This document shows positions 49,737-59,474 of a stretch of 64,000 nt of DNA, piece after piece (within the stretch, counting starts at the first letter, position 1; each line of letters opens with the position of its first letter). The stretch lies in assembly GCA_963661415.1 (NCBI GenBank), contig CAVLCI010000001.1, positions 468-64,467 on the forward strand, written 5' to 3'. The stretch comes from Bifidobacteriaceae bacterium. Its GTDB lineage: Bacteria > Bacillota_I > Bacilli_A > Erysipelotrichales > Erysipelotrichaceae. Made by a program: the position numbers and the translations under genes. Below the pieces are notes generated by a model. It ran no database searches, had not been told where the DNA came from, and worked only from the letters and a program-made list of their open reading frames with translations.

Positions 49737-50585
49737 TTAATGACTCCTTTTATATGACTTTAATGTATTTTCCAACAACATTGTTATTGTCATTGGACCA
49801 ACACCTTTTGGTACAGGTGTAATTGCTTGACAATGATCTTTTACTCTTTCGAAGTCAACGTCTCCACATAGATGGCCATCAGCCATACGATTGACACCCA
49901 CATCAATAACATATGCGTTTTCATTTACATAAGTTTCATCAAACAATTTTGGAGAACCAACTGCCGCAATTAAAATATCTGCTTGTTTTGTGATTTCTCT
50001 TAGATTTTTTGTATGTGAATGACAAATCGTAACAGTAGCGTTAGCGTCTTGTAACAAACGTGCTACAGGAGTACCAACCAATTTACTTCTTCCAACAACG
50101 ACAGCGTATTTTCCATCTGGATTACAATCCATTCTTTTTAAAAGTTCCATAATTCCACTCGGTGTACAAGGGGCAAACGATGGCGCATTTAAAAATAGAT
50201 TACCAAAGTTCAACGGTGTTAAACCATCAACATCTTTATCACAAGAAATGTAAGAAATTGCCTCATATTCATTGAGTCCTTTAGGTAAAGGCAACTGTAA
50301 TAAAATGCCATCAATTGAATCATCTGCGGATAACTTCTTCAAAGTATCATTCAATTCACTTTGTGTTGTATTCCCGTCCATATCAATTTCAACACTTTTA
50401 AATCCAACACTTTCACATGCCTTCTTCTTTCCTTTGACATAAGAAATCGAAGCAGGATTATCTCCAACCAAAACAACTGCCAAACAAGGAATTCGTTTAC
50501 CAGATTGTTTGATTTGTTCCACTTCAAGTCGCATTTGTTCTCTTAATTCTTTTGATAATTCACTACCATAAATAACTGCACCCAT
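49737..50585 (-). CDS. folD: Bifunctional methylenetetrahydrofolate dehydrogenase/cyclohydrolase
   Basis: QLPLP, KDVDG, PCTP, GRSKLVG, DVGVNR, TPVP.GVGPMT. Confidence 0.97.
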   Translation of the reverse strand: MGAVIYGSELSKELREQMRLEVEQIKQSGKRIPCLAVVLVGDNPASISYVKGKKKACESVGFKSVEIDMDGNTTQSELNDTLKKLSADDSIDGILLQLPLPKGLNEYEAISYISCDKDVDGLTPLNFGNLFLNAPSFAPCTPSGIMELLKRMDCNPDGKYAVVVGRSKLVGTPVARLLQDANATVTICHSHTKNLREITKQADILIAAVGSPKLFDETYVNENAYVIDVGVNRMADGHLCGDVDFERVKDHCQAITPVPKGVGPMTITMLLENTLKSYKRSH

Positions 50586-50598
50586 AAAATACTCCCTT

Positions 50599-51051
50599 CT
50601 AACGAATCACTTCATCACTATCTAATATGATTGTCACAGGACCATCATTCAATAATTCTACCTTCATATCTGCTCCAAAGATACCTTCTTCTACACAAAA
50701 TCCTAGATTTCTTAAGCATTCGTTAAAATATAAGTAGAGAGGTTGTGCTATTGAAGGATTCCCTGCCATTGAAAAGGAAGGACGATTTCCTTTATGACAA
50801 TCTGCATATAACGTAAACTGGGATATCGAAAGAATCGAACCATTCACTTGTGATAAATTGAGATTCATTTTATCTTCTTCATCTGTGAAGATTCTCAGTT
50901 TTGATACTTTCATTGCCATTTTTTCAACAACTTCTTTTGTATCTTCATTTTTTAATCCAACAAGTATCATATATCCCTTGTTGATTTTTCCATGTACATT
51001 TCCATCAATTGTGACAGAAGCATTTTTTACTCTTTGAATGACTAATTTCAT
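50599..51051 (-). CDS. dtd: D-aminoacyl-tRNA deacylase
   Basis: IQRV, SQFTL, GNRPSF, NDGPVT. Confidence 0.97.
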   Translation of the reverse strand: MKLVIQRVKNASVTIDGNVHGKINKGYMILVGLKNEDTKEVVEKMAMKVSKLRIFTDEEDKMNLNLSQVNGSILSISQFTLYADCHKGNRPSFSMAGNPSIAQPLYLYFNECLRNLGFCVEEGIFGADMKVELLNDGPVTIILDSDEVIR

Positions 51052-51120
51052 AGGAAGAATTTTATAACAAAATTATTACTTTTTCAGTTATATTTGTGAT
51101 AGAAAAGTGAAAAATGATAT

Positions 51121-51135
51121 ATGTAAACGCTTTCA
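51121..51135. promoter_or_regulatory. cre (CcpA) site between dtd and CHAP gene
   Basis: ATGTAAACGCTTTCA matches cre consensus. Confidence 0.65.
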
Positions 51136-51168
51136 TTTTGTGATGGTGATGTGAATTCCTCCCAAAGT

Positions 51169-51197
51169 TTGATACTTTCTTAAGAATTTGTTAACAT
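51169..51197 (+). promoter_or_regulatory. Sigma-A promoter giving leaderless CHAP transcript
   Basis: TTGATA-17-TAACAT with TGn extension; ATG at 51204 is at predicted +1. Confidence 0.6.
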
Positions 51198-51203
51198 TCT
51201 TGT

Positions 51204-52310
51204 ATGCAAAAAAACACAAAAATGAAGAAAACATTTAGATTCATCTTGCCTATATTAGCGGCGGGAGCTATTGTAGCAGCTTCTGTGAACCCTGATGTAA
51301 AGGCTGATGATCCAGTAAAAGGAACACTTCCTGTTTACGATATAGAAGTTGGTGACACAAATGTCGCATCTACATTAAAAGAAGATGTCATTAGTGATCG
51401 TTGTGAGATTGATGAAAATCTTGATATTAATAACATCAATGTTGATTTATCAAGTATTGATATTACAGGATTAAACATTAATCAAGCTGGTATTCAACGT
51501 GCAACTTTAAAAGTAAATCTCGTTAATGCGAATAACACGACAGATTCTGTAGGATATTCCTTTACACAAGAAGTAGTTGTTAATATGAAAGTAGCTTCCG
51601 CCCCACAGTTAAAACTAAAGGCACAAGAAGTAACAGTTAATAACGGAGATAATTTTGTCGCTGAAAGTTATATTTCTTATGTGAATGATGCGCAAAGTAA
51701 TCCTAAACCAGTATTAAAAGTTGATACACATAACTTAGATATGAATGTAGATGGTCAATATGTAGTAAGTTATACAGCTGTTGATCAAAAAGGAAATACA
51801 ACACAACAAGATCTTATTGTGAATGTTCAAACCCCTGAAGAAGTATTACAAGCACAAGCTGCTGAAGCTGAAGCACAAGCGCAAGCAGAGGCTCAAGCAC
51901 AAGCTGAAGAAGCTGCTAGACAAGCAGCAGAATTAGGTGCAAGTGGTGAAAATACAAATACTTCTAACTTAGGTTATTCCGCTGGTGGATCAAATCCATA
52001 TGGTGGTGGTTGGTCAAACTGTACATACGGTGCATGGCAAGCTCTCTACAACGCTAGAGGTATTGCATTACCAAACTTAGGAAATGCTTCTGAATGGTAT
52101 TCCAACGCTGCAGCTGCAGGTTATTCTGTAAGTGGTACACCTACAGTTGGTGGTATCGCTGTATACAATGGACATGTTGCTTATGTCGATGGTGTTGATG
52201 GTGATATGGTTCATATCGTCGAAGGTGGTTTCTCTGGTCACTATAATGAACGTTGGGTATCATCTAGTGGTACAGGAACAAAATCAACAATTGGTTATAT
52301 CAATGTATGA
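51204..52310 (+). CDS. Secreted CHAP-domain peptidoglycan hydrolase with Ig-like domain
   Basis: Signal peptide, Ig-like repeat, AQ/E-rich linker, NCTYG...LGNASEW...GHVAYV. Confidence 0.9.
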   Translation: MQKNTKMKKTFRFILPILAAGAIVAASVNPDVKADDPVKGTLPVYDIEVGDTNVASTLKEDVISDRCEIDENLDINNINVDLSSIDITGLNINQAGIQRATLKVNLVNANNTTDSVGYSFTQEVVVNMKVASAPQLKLKAQEVTVNNGDNFVAESYISYVNDAQSNPKPVLKVDTHNLDMNVDGQYVVSYTAVDQKGNTTQQDLIVNVQTPEEVLQAQAAEAEAQAQAEAQAQAEEAARQAAELGASGENTNTSNLGYSAGGSNPYGGGWSNCTYGAWQALYNARGIALPNLGNASEWYSNAAAAGYSVSGTPTVGGIAVYNGHVAYVDGVDGDMVHIVEGGFSGHYNERWVSSSGTGTKSTIGYINV

Positions 52311-52312
52311 TG

Positions 52313-52339
52313 AAAGAACGGGAATCCCGTTCTTTTTTT
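52313..52339 (+). terminator. Intrinsic terminator of CHAP gene
   Basis: AAAGAACGGG-AAT-CCCGTTCTTT followed by T-tract. Confidence 0.85.
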
Positions 52340-52633
52340 ATACTTTATGATTGTCTAACGAATGAAGCAAGAATGATGCAGTATCATAATCTTTTTTCTA
52401 ACATAGATAATAGAATAGATACTTTTTGATTTTCTTGGGATATATAGAGAGGTAGCTTTATCAATACCAAATACACCATATAAAGCTGAAATCACAACTG
52501 ATAACTGAGAATATTGATTTGTCTGAAATAATTTCCTTTTTTGAATATTATCATAAATACTTTCTGCTCATTTTGTCTTCTCGTACTCTTCTGAATATTA
52601 TCTATATTTTCCAAACAAAAAAGAAGAAGCATT

Positions 52634-52720
52634 TCACTTCTTCATTTTCTTTAAAATAAATAATAATACAAATAATAGTAGTACGATAATACTAATGATA
52701 TTGATGATCGTTCCAAACAT
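52634..52720 (-). CDS. 28-aa single-TM peptide MFGTIINIISIIVLLLFVLLFILKKMKK
   Basis: Starts 2 nt after MATE stop; ends within terminator GAAGAAG-TGAAATG-CTTCTTC-T tract. Confidence 0.55.
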   Translation of the reverse strand: MFGTIINIISIIVLLLFVLLFILKKMKK

Positions 52721-52722
52721 AA

Positions 52723-54063
52723 TTACTCAATCGCTCTATATGCTGTCCACTTTCCACTCTTATATCTTATCGCAAAGAATACGATACGTACAAGCCAGTC
52801 AATATACATCGCAATACGTGTTCCTACTACACCATAGCCCATAACTGTACCTAATACATACGCACCAACAACTCTAGCCGCAAACATCGAAGCAACACCT
52901 ACATACATTGTATACTTCGCATCACCAGCAGCCCTTAAACATGTTGGCAATACAAATGCAGGTGCATGAAATAACGCTACAGCTAAACATTCCATTCCTA
53001 ATATCGTTTCAGCAATCGCTAATGTTTCTCCTTTTAATGTATATAAAGATAATGCATATGGAGAAACAACATAAAGAATAATATTATTTACTACTGCCAT
53101 GATAGATGACATAATCAACATCTTACGAATATAATATTTTGCTTGATCATAATCATTGGCACCAACACATTGGCCTACAACTGTAACAACTGCTAACTGC
53201 ATTGCCATTTCTGTTGTATAACACAATACACACAATGAATTCGTAACACCATTTGCGGCTATCTGCATTGTTCCATATGTCGCAACAAATGTCGAAACAA
53301 TGACTTTACCCAATTGGAACAATCCATTTTCTACACCATTTGGAATCGCAATGGATAATATACGAGAAACGATATCTTTCTTCCAAGTCAAAATATCTTT
53401 CCACACAACATAAATTGGAGCTTCTTTATCGAAACATAATACAAGCATCACAATTGCCGCAACAACTCTACTCGCTAACGTTGGCCAAGCAACACCTGCA
53501 GCACCCATATGCAATAAATATACACAAATGAAATTGCCTACAACATTGATGAGGTTCATTAAGATAGAAACTCTCATCGTTGTATTTGTACGATTCATAC
53601 TACGATATAAAGCAGCTGAGCTGTTATATACACCAAGAAATGGAAATGACAACGCTGTAATCCAGAAGTACACTTTCGCACTATCCATAACATCTGCTTC
53701 TACGCTTCCATATAAGAAGTTTAAGATAGTACCATGGAATACAACACAAAGAATTCCAAAAAACAATGAAATGATAAAACTAATCATAATCAATTGTGAA
53801 GCAGATAACTTCGTATTTTCATCATCACGATTTCCTAAATATTGTGTGACAATAACAGATCCACCACCCGCAATCGCTGTTAATATCGCAATGATCAAGT
53901 TATTCACATCATTAACGATAGAAACTCCAGAAATGGCAGCTTCACCTGCCGCAGATACCATAATTGTATCTGCCATACCAACCAACATAACTAGTAGCTG
54001 TTCTACTAATAAAGGAAGAATTAATCTTCTTAACTGTGCATTTGTAAACATTCTTTTTTTCAT
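52723..54063 (-). CDS. MATE family efflux transporter
   Basis: EQLLVMLVGMADT, NLINVVGN, GQCVGA, LRAAGDA. Confidence 0.95.
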   Translation of the reverse strand: MKKRMFTNAQLRRLILPLLVEQLLVMLVGMADTIMVSAAGEAAISGVSIVNDVNNLIIAILTAIAGGGSVIVTQYLGNRDDENTKLSASQLIMISFIISLFFGILCVVFHGTILNFLYGSVEADVMDSAKVYFWITALSFPFLGVYNSSAALYRSMNRTNTTMRVSILMNLINVVGNFICVYLLHMGAAGVAWPTLASRVVAAIVMLVLCFDKEAPIYVVWKDILTWKKDIVSRILSIAIPNGVENGLFQLGKVIVSTFVATYGTMQIAANGVTNSLCVLCYTTEMAMQLAVVTVVGQCVGANDYDQAKYYIRKMLIMSSIMAVVNNIILYVVSPYALSLYTLKGETLAIAETILGMECLAVALFHAPAFVLPTCLRAAGDAKYTMYVGVASMFAARVVGAYVLGTVMGYGVVGTRIAMYIDWLVRIVFFAIRYKSGKWTAYRAIE

Positions 54064-54179
54064 GGGATTATTTTATTCCTGAAACTATAAATTGTGAAGA
54101 AAAAGCTTAACAATCACATTACAAATTCATAACAAAAAGATTACATTGAAAAAGCATGGACTAAAATCCATACTTTCCA

Positions 54180-57149
54180 TTATTTTCTAGATATTTTTAA
54201 AAGTCTTAATGAATTCAATACACACAGCATCGCAACACCTGTATCCGCAAAGATTGCCCACCACATGTTCGCAATACCTAATGCTCCGAAAATCAATGTT
54301 AATACTTTGATTGTAATTGCACCATAAATATTTTCATTCGCGATAAACAAAATTCTCTTACTTGCGGAAATCGCTAGAGAAATCTTACTTGGTGAGTCAT
54401 CCATCAATACGACATCTGCCGCTTCAATTGCCGCATCGCTTCCTAAAGCACCCATCGCAATACCAACATCAGCTAATGTAATAACTGGAGCATCGTTAAC
54501 ACCATCACCAACAAAGGCCGTCTTTCCTTCTTTCATAAAGTTCTTGACTGCATTTACTTTATCTTCTGGCATACAACCACCAATTGCTTGATCTACATGT
54601 AATTGTTTACCAATTGCTTCTGTAATTTCTTGATTATCACCAGATACTATAATGCATTTCTTACCTTCTTTTTGTAATAAATCAATTGCCTCTTTTGAAT
54701 CCTTTTTCAATTGATCTCTTAAAATCAAGCAACCTTCATATACACCATTTTTCGCGACATAAACAAGTGTACCTGTTGAAGATTGTTGTTCACAAACAAT
54801 TCCTTTATCTTGCATCAACTTATAATTACCAGCGAGTATCTCAACACCCTTTAATTTCACAGATAATCCTCTACCAGCAATTTCTTGTACATCTGTAATA
54901 TCAGCGTCCTCTACTTGTTGGTTACAAGCGTTTTTAATCCCTTGCGCAATTGGATGATTTGAAAAATGTTCTGCGCACGCTGCATCATAAATTAATGTAT
55001 CTTCATTACTAACACTAAATACTTCTTCTACCGCAAACTCTCCAGAAGTCAAAGTACCAGTTTTATCCATAACAACTTGTTTTACTTTCGCTAAATCATC
55101 AATAATATTCGCTCCCTTTACAAGAACGCCTCTTGAAGATAGACCACCAATACCCGCAAAGAAAGATAGTGGAATAGAAATAACCAATGCACATGGGCAA
55201 GAGATTACGAGGAATGTACAAGCTCTACGAATACCTTCATTGAAATCACCAATAAAGACACCAACAAAAATTGCCACTGCAATTGCTAAGAAAACAACGA
55301 TTGGTGTGTAATATTTAGAGAATTTTGTAATGAATTTTTCATGTTCAGCTTTATGAGAATCATTGTTTTCAACTAAATCTAAGATCTTAGCTACTGTAGA
55401 TTCACCATATTCCTTTGTTACACGAATTTCTAAAACACCCGTTTCATTGACAGATCCAGAAATAACTTCATCATCTACATCAACATCTCTTAATTTACTT
55501 TCACCTGTTAAACTCGCTGTATCCAAAGAAGATGCACCACTGATAACAATACCATCTAAAGGAATTCTTTCCCCTGGTTTTACACGAATGATTTCATCAA
55601 TAGATACTTCATCTGGATCTACTTTTTCATAGTCTCCATTACGTTTTACCATCGCATACTCTGGTCTAATATCCATAAGTTCGCCAATAGATCTTCTACT
55701 TCTTCTAACAGCTAAATCTTGGAAATATTCTCCAATCTGATAAAACAACATAACGCCAGCCGCTTCTTCCCACTCTTGTTGATAAATTGCAGCTAATGTT
55801 GCGATAGCCATCAAGAAATGTTCATCGAAGAGTTGCCCTCTTCCCATGCCACGAACTGCTTTGATCAATACATCATATCCAAGTATCAAATACGCAATCA
55901 AAGAAACAATGATTTGCGGAATACCGTTCATCAAAAATGAACTAGCAAATAAAGCAGCACCAACAATCATTCTTGTAAGCATCACTTTATCATTTGTATC
56001 TTCATCTTGAACTTTCTTCTTTTCTTTTACATATTCTGAAAATTCAACTTCAGGTTCTGCCTTGGCAATCATGTCTTTCATTTCAGATGCAATACGACTC
56101 TTATCTTTTGGATTGCATTTCACAATCAATAATTGATTCATAAAATCTGCATCACAACTTTTAACACCATTGATTTTTGTAGTTGCTTCAGCGAGTTCAT
56201 TGGCACAATCCGCACAATCAATATTTTTAATATTAAATTTATACGTTTTTTCTTTTTCGTCTGAAATTTTTTTGATGACTGGATTTTCTTGATCATCTTC
56301 TATGATCTTTATCATTTGTTGTTCAACTGAATGATTCTTTGAAGAAACAACATCATATTTCAAATGAGAATGAATACCAAATTCTAATGTACAATTTGTT
56401 ACACCATCTAATTTTCCGATTTCTTCTTCTAATTCTCTAGCACAATTCGCACAATCAATTCCATCAACAACATATTCCACATGTGTAATATTATGATCTA
56501 TCACTCTAGTGATAATTGGATTTTCTTGGTCATCTTCAATGATCTTGATCATAGATTTCTCTACAACATCTGCTTTATCTATTTCAACATCATATTGTAA
56601 ATGAGAATGAATACCAAACTCTAATATACAATTCGTTACACCATCTAATTTTCCAATCTCTTCTTCTAATTCTTTTGCGCAATTAGCACAATCAATTCCT
56701 TCAATAGTAAAAACTTCATGTTTACATTGATGGTGGTCATGATGATGTTCATGTCCACAACAACATTCTTCTCCATGTTCATGATGATGGTGATGATGTT
56801 CATGGCCACAGCAACATTCTTCTTCATGTTCGTGGTGGTGATGATGTTCATGTCCGCAATGACACCCTTCTTCATCATAATGGTGATCATGGTAATGGCA
56901 TTCTTCATGTTCATGGTGATGTTCAACAGGTGTAATAACAGGATTTTCTTGATCATCTTCTATGATTTGAATCATCTTCTTTTCAATTCCTTCAGGATCT
57001 TCACCTTCATATTCATAAGATAAATGAGAAGGATGTCCAAATTCCAATACACAATTCGAAATACCTTCTAATTTTCCAATTTCTTCTTCGAGTTCTTTTG
57101 CACAATGTTTACAATCAATTCCTTCAACTGTATAACTAAAAGTTTTCAT
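54180..57149 (-). CDS. cadA: Heavy-metal-translocating P1B-type ATPase (Zn/Cd/Pb subgroup) with four HMA domains and His/Cys-rich linker
   Basis: 4x IDCxxC, LTGES, SCPC, DKTGTLT, HP, GDGVND, FADTG; RBS GGAGG before ATG 57149. Confidence 0.93.
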   Translation of the reverse strand: MKTFSYTVEGIDCKHCAKELEEEIGKLEGISNCVLEFGHPSHLSYEYEGEDPEGIEKKMIQIIEDDQENPVITPVEHHHEHEECHYHDHHYDEEGCHCGHEHHHHHEHEEECCCGHEHHHHHHEHGEECCCGHEHHHDHHQCKHEVFTIEGIDCANCAKELEEEIGKLDGVTNCILEFGIHSHLQYDVEIDKADVVEKSMIKIIEDDQENPIITRVIDHNITHVEYVVDGIDCANCARELEEEIGKLDGVTNCTLEFGIHSHLKYDVVSSKNHSVEQQMIKIIEDDQENPVIKKISDEKEKTYKFNIKNIDCADCANELAEATTKINGVKSCDADFMNQLLIVKCNPKDKSRIASEMKDMIAKAEPEVEFSEYVKEKKKVQDEDTNDKVMLTRMIVGAALFASSFLMNGIPQIIVSLIAYLILGYDVLIKAVRGMGRGQLFDEHFLMAIATLAAIYQQEWEEAAGVMLFYQIGEYFQDLAVRRSRRSIGELMDIRPEYAMVKRNGDYEKVDPDEVSIDEIIRVKPGERIPLDGIVISGASSLDTASLTGESKLRDVDVDDEVISGSVNETGVLEIRVTKEYGESTVAKILDLVENNDSHKAEHEKFITKFSKYYTPIVVFLAIAVAIFVGVFIGDFNEGIRRACTFLVISCPCALVISIPLSFFAGIGGLSSRGVLVKGANIIDDLAKVKQVVMDKTGTLTSGEFAVEEVFSVSNEDTLIYDAACAEHFSNHPIAQGIKNACNQQVEDADITDVQEIAGRGLSVKLKGVEILAGNYKLMQDKGIVCEQQSSTGTLVYVAKNGVYEGCLILRDQLKKDSKEAIDLLQKEGKKCIIVSGDNQEITEAIGKQLHVDQAIGGCMPEDKVNAVKNFMKEGKTAFVGDGVNDAPVITLADVGIAMGALGSDAAIEAADVVLMDDSPSKISLAISASKRILFIANENIYGAITIKVLTLIFGALGIANMWWAIFADTGVAMLCVLNSLRLLKISRK

Positions 57150-57162
57150 ACTAACCTCCAAT

Positions 57163-57186
57163 ACATTTGAATAACTGTTCAAATGT
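57163..57186. promoter_or_regulatory. ArsR/SmtB (CzrA/CadC-type) operator
   Basis: ACATTTGAA-TAACTG-TTCAAATGT inverted repeat between TTGACG-17-TAATAT promoter (57227-57199) and ATPase RBS. Confidence 0.8.
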
Positions 57187-57260
57187 TCTTGTGATTCCAT
57201 ATTATTCCTGAATGATTAATTCGTCAATACAAATTCAAAAAAACTGTTACAATGGATATC

Positions 57261-58070
57261 ATGATTAAAACAAATTGGCACACACATACAAAAAGATGCG
57301 GGCACGCAATAGGAGAAGATGAAGACTACGTTATAGCAGCAATCGAAGGAGGTTTTAAAACGTTAGGCTTCTCAGATCACGCTGCGTATAAAACACCATA
57401 TCCAACAGAAAGAATGAATATTGAACAAGTAGATGAATATTTATCTTCTATTCGTTCTTTAAAAGAAAAATATAAAGATCAAATCAATCTTTATGTAGGT
57501 ATGGAAGTAGAATGTTATCGTTCTGAATGGGAAACATTATCTCAATATCGTAAAGAATTAGATTATTGTATTTTAGGACAACATAACTTAGATTTAGATC
57601 TTATGAGTTCTTATGGTTTTACTACACCACAACAATTATCAATGTATGTTGATCGTTTAGAATATGCATGCAAGCATGCGTTATGTGATTATATTGCACA
57701 TCCTGATGTATGTTTATATTCTTATCCATACATGGATGAAAGTGTTAAAAAGATAGCAGAAAGAATCGCTGATATTTCCCTACAATACAACATGCCTCTA
57801 GAATTAAATACAGGTAGTGGCGTACATAATGGTATGACAAAATATCCTGATGGAATGCGTTATGCATATCCTACAAGAATATTCTTTGAAACATTCGCAG
57901 ATAAAAAATGTCCAGTCATTATTGGACTAGATGTCCACAATCCTGAACTATTTAAAACAGATATTGATTTAAATAAAGCTTTATCTGTTGTTGAAGGATT
58001 AGATCTAAATTGGTTAATTGACTTTGATTTAGCATCTTCAGCAAAGGAAAGAAAAAAGTTGTTTTATTAG
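57261..58070 (+). CDS. PHP-domain phosphatase (histidinol-phosphatase HisJ/HisK-like)
   Basis: HTHT..CGHA, GFSDH, GME, GQH, AHPD, LDVH. Confidence 0.88.
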   Translation: MIKTNWHTHTKRCGHAIGEDEDYVIAAIEGGFKTLGFSDHAAYKTPYPTERMNIEQVDEYLSSIRSLKEKYKDQINLYVGMEVECYRSEWETLSQYRKELDYCILGQHNLDLDLMSSYGFTTPQQLSMYVDRLEYACKHALCDYIAHPDVCLYSYPYMDESVKKIAERIADISLQYNMPLELNTGSGVHNGMTKYPDGMRYAYPTRIFFETFADKKCPVIIGLDVHNPELFKTDIDLNKALSVVEGLDLNWLIDFDLASSAKERKKLFY

Positions 58071-58103
58071 ATCTTATGAAAATAAGATCTTTTTTGTATA
58101 TCA

Positions 58104-59363
58104 TTATATTTTTTGAAGCATGAAATCTTGTACTTCAATTACCTTATCTTTATCACAAATTCTTTTATAATGACTTAAAATCAAATTCAAATAAACATCA
58201 TGGAATCTAAAATTTTCATCATTTTCAATCTTACTTTTTACTTTTTTAGCGATTCTAGAAAAAGTTTGATTATTATCTAGAATATCTGCTTTCAATAATT
58301 CTAATAATAGCTTTACATATGGCTCATTAAGATTTGATTTTAATTTTTCTTCAACTCCAACGAGTGCTTCTTCTTTATGGCCCAAATAATAATGTGCCAA
58401 TGGTTCACATGCATCTAACATATTATAAGATATATTTACACCCATTTCTTTTGCTTGATTGATGTATTTCAACGCATTTTCAAATTCTCCTGCTCTGTTT
58501 GATTTCCATATCAAACTATTTAATATCAAGTCTTTTATTTCTTTTTCTTCCTTTTCTAAATTATCCAATAGTTTATAATAAATCTCTTCTGCTTCTTGAT
58601 ACTTTTTTAGAAGAACTAAACTACTTGCGATACATATGTTTATATGTTGAATTCGCTTAAAATATAACGTATCCCTAAAGATCATTCTTGTTTTTTCAGC
58701 ATAATCATAGGATAAAAAACCATCATTCAAGTAAAAATACATAATTGCCATTCTATGATAAATCACACCCAGATAATTTAAATTATTGATACCTGTATAA
58801 TGCTCTTCTGCCTCTTTTAAATAGTTTAAACTTTTTATAGTTTGGTGTTTATATTGATAATAAAATGCTTTCATAAGACAAAAGAATAGTTGTTCTTTAT
58901 AATCAAAAACATATAGATAATATTCTTCTAGTAATTCAATTAATTCTTTTGATTTTTTTAAATCTTTTTTTTCTTCTAGTTCATTGTAAAGTTGAATCAA
59001 TATATAATGGAAAAAAGCTGGAGAATCTTTATATAAAGAAAAGTTCAAAAAATAGGAATTTAACATGATATTAATTTTTGTTTGATTCATTGAAATATGT
59101 GTTTCAAACAATTCTAACAAGAACCGTTTTGATTTATCTAATAATGAAAAATCATTTATAAATTTTATATCAGCTATTTCGGTTAGTTTCTGTAACTTTT
59201 CTGGTGTAATATTTGTCTCACCATTTTCAATCTTACTTAAATATCCTTTGTTGATTTCTAATACATCTCCAACAAAAGACAAAGTCATATTTTCTTCTTT
59301 CCGAATATATCGAATATAAGAACCAATTATTTTACGATTTGTTTTTTCTTTATTTTCAATCAT
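58104..59363 (-). CDS. XRE-HTH plus TPR-like transcriptional regulator (RRNPP-like architecture)
   Basis: IGSYIRYIRKEENMTL...YLSKIENG HTH followed by about 330 aa helical repeat region; RBS AAAGGG before ATG 59363. Confidence 0.85.
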   Translation of the reverse strand: MIENKEKTNRKIIGSYIRYIRKEENMTLSFVGDVLEINKGYLSKIENGETNITPEKLQKLTEIADIKFINDFSLLDKSKRFLLELFETHISMNQTKINIMLNSYFLNFSLYKDSPAFFHYILIQLYNELEEKKDLKKSKELIELLEEYYLYVFDYKEQLFFCLMKAFYYQYKHQTIKSLNYLKEAEEHYTGINNLNYLGVIYHRMAIMYFYLNDGFLSYDYAEKTRMIFRDTLYFKRIQHINICIASSLVLLKKYQEAEEIYYKLLDNLEKEEKEIKDLILNSLIWKSNRAGEFENALKYINQAKEMGVNISYNMLDACEPLAHYYLGHKEEALVGVEEKLKSNLNEPYVKLLLELLKADILDNNQTFSRIAKKVKSKIENDENFRFHDVYLNLILSHYKRICDKDKVIEVQDFMLQKI

Positions 59364-59417
59364 GATTATACCCTTTACTATTAAACTAATTATTTCATAC
59401 TCACAGATAAAACACAA

Positions 59418-59450
59418 AAAGGAACTTTGAAAGTTATTCAAGTTCCTTTC
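59418..59450. terminator. Terminator after the exported-protein gene
   Basis: AAAGGAACTTTGAA-AGTTA-TTCAAGTTCCTTT hairpin. Confidence 0.7.
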
Positions 59451-59474
59451 ATGTTTCTTAAACAGGATTTTCTA

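Noticed and set aside
51850..51935. GCACAAGC/GCTGAAGC short tandem repeats
   Set aside because: Encode the Ala/Gln/Glu linker of the CHAP protein; no spacers, not CRISPR
52345..52600. Open stretch on minus strand (AESIYDNIQKRKLFQTNQYS...) possibly a gene remnant
   Set aside because: No in-frame start/RBS and no recognisable family; too weak to call a pseudogene
56666..57023. Met/Ile/Val-rich ORFs in other frames
   Set aside because: By-products of the CAT/CAC/GAA repeats encoding the His-rich linker of the ATPase
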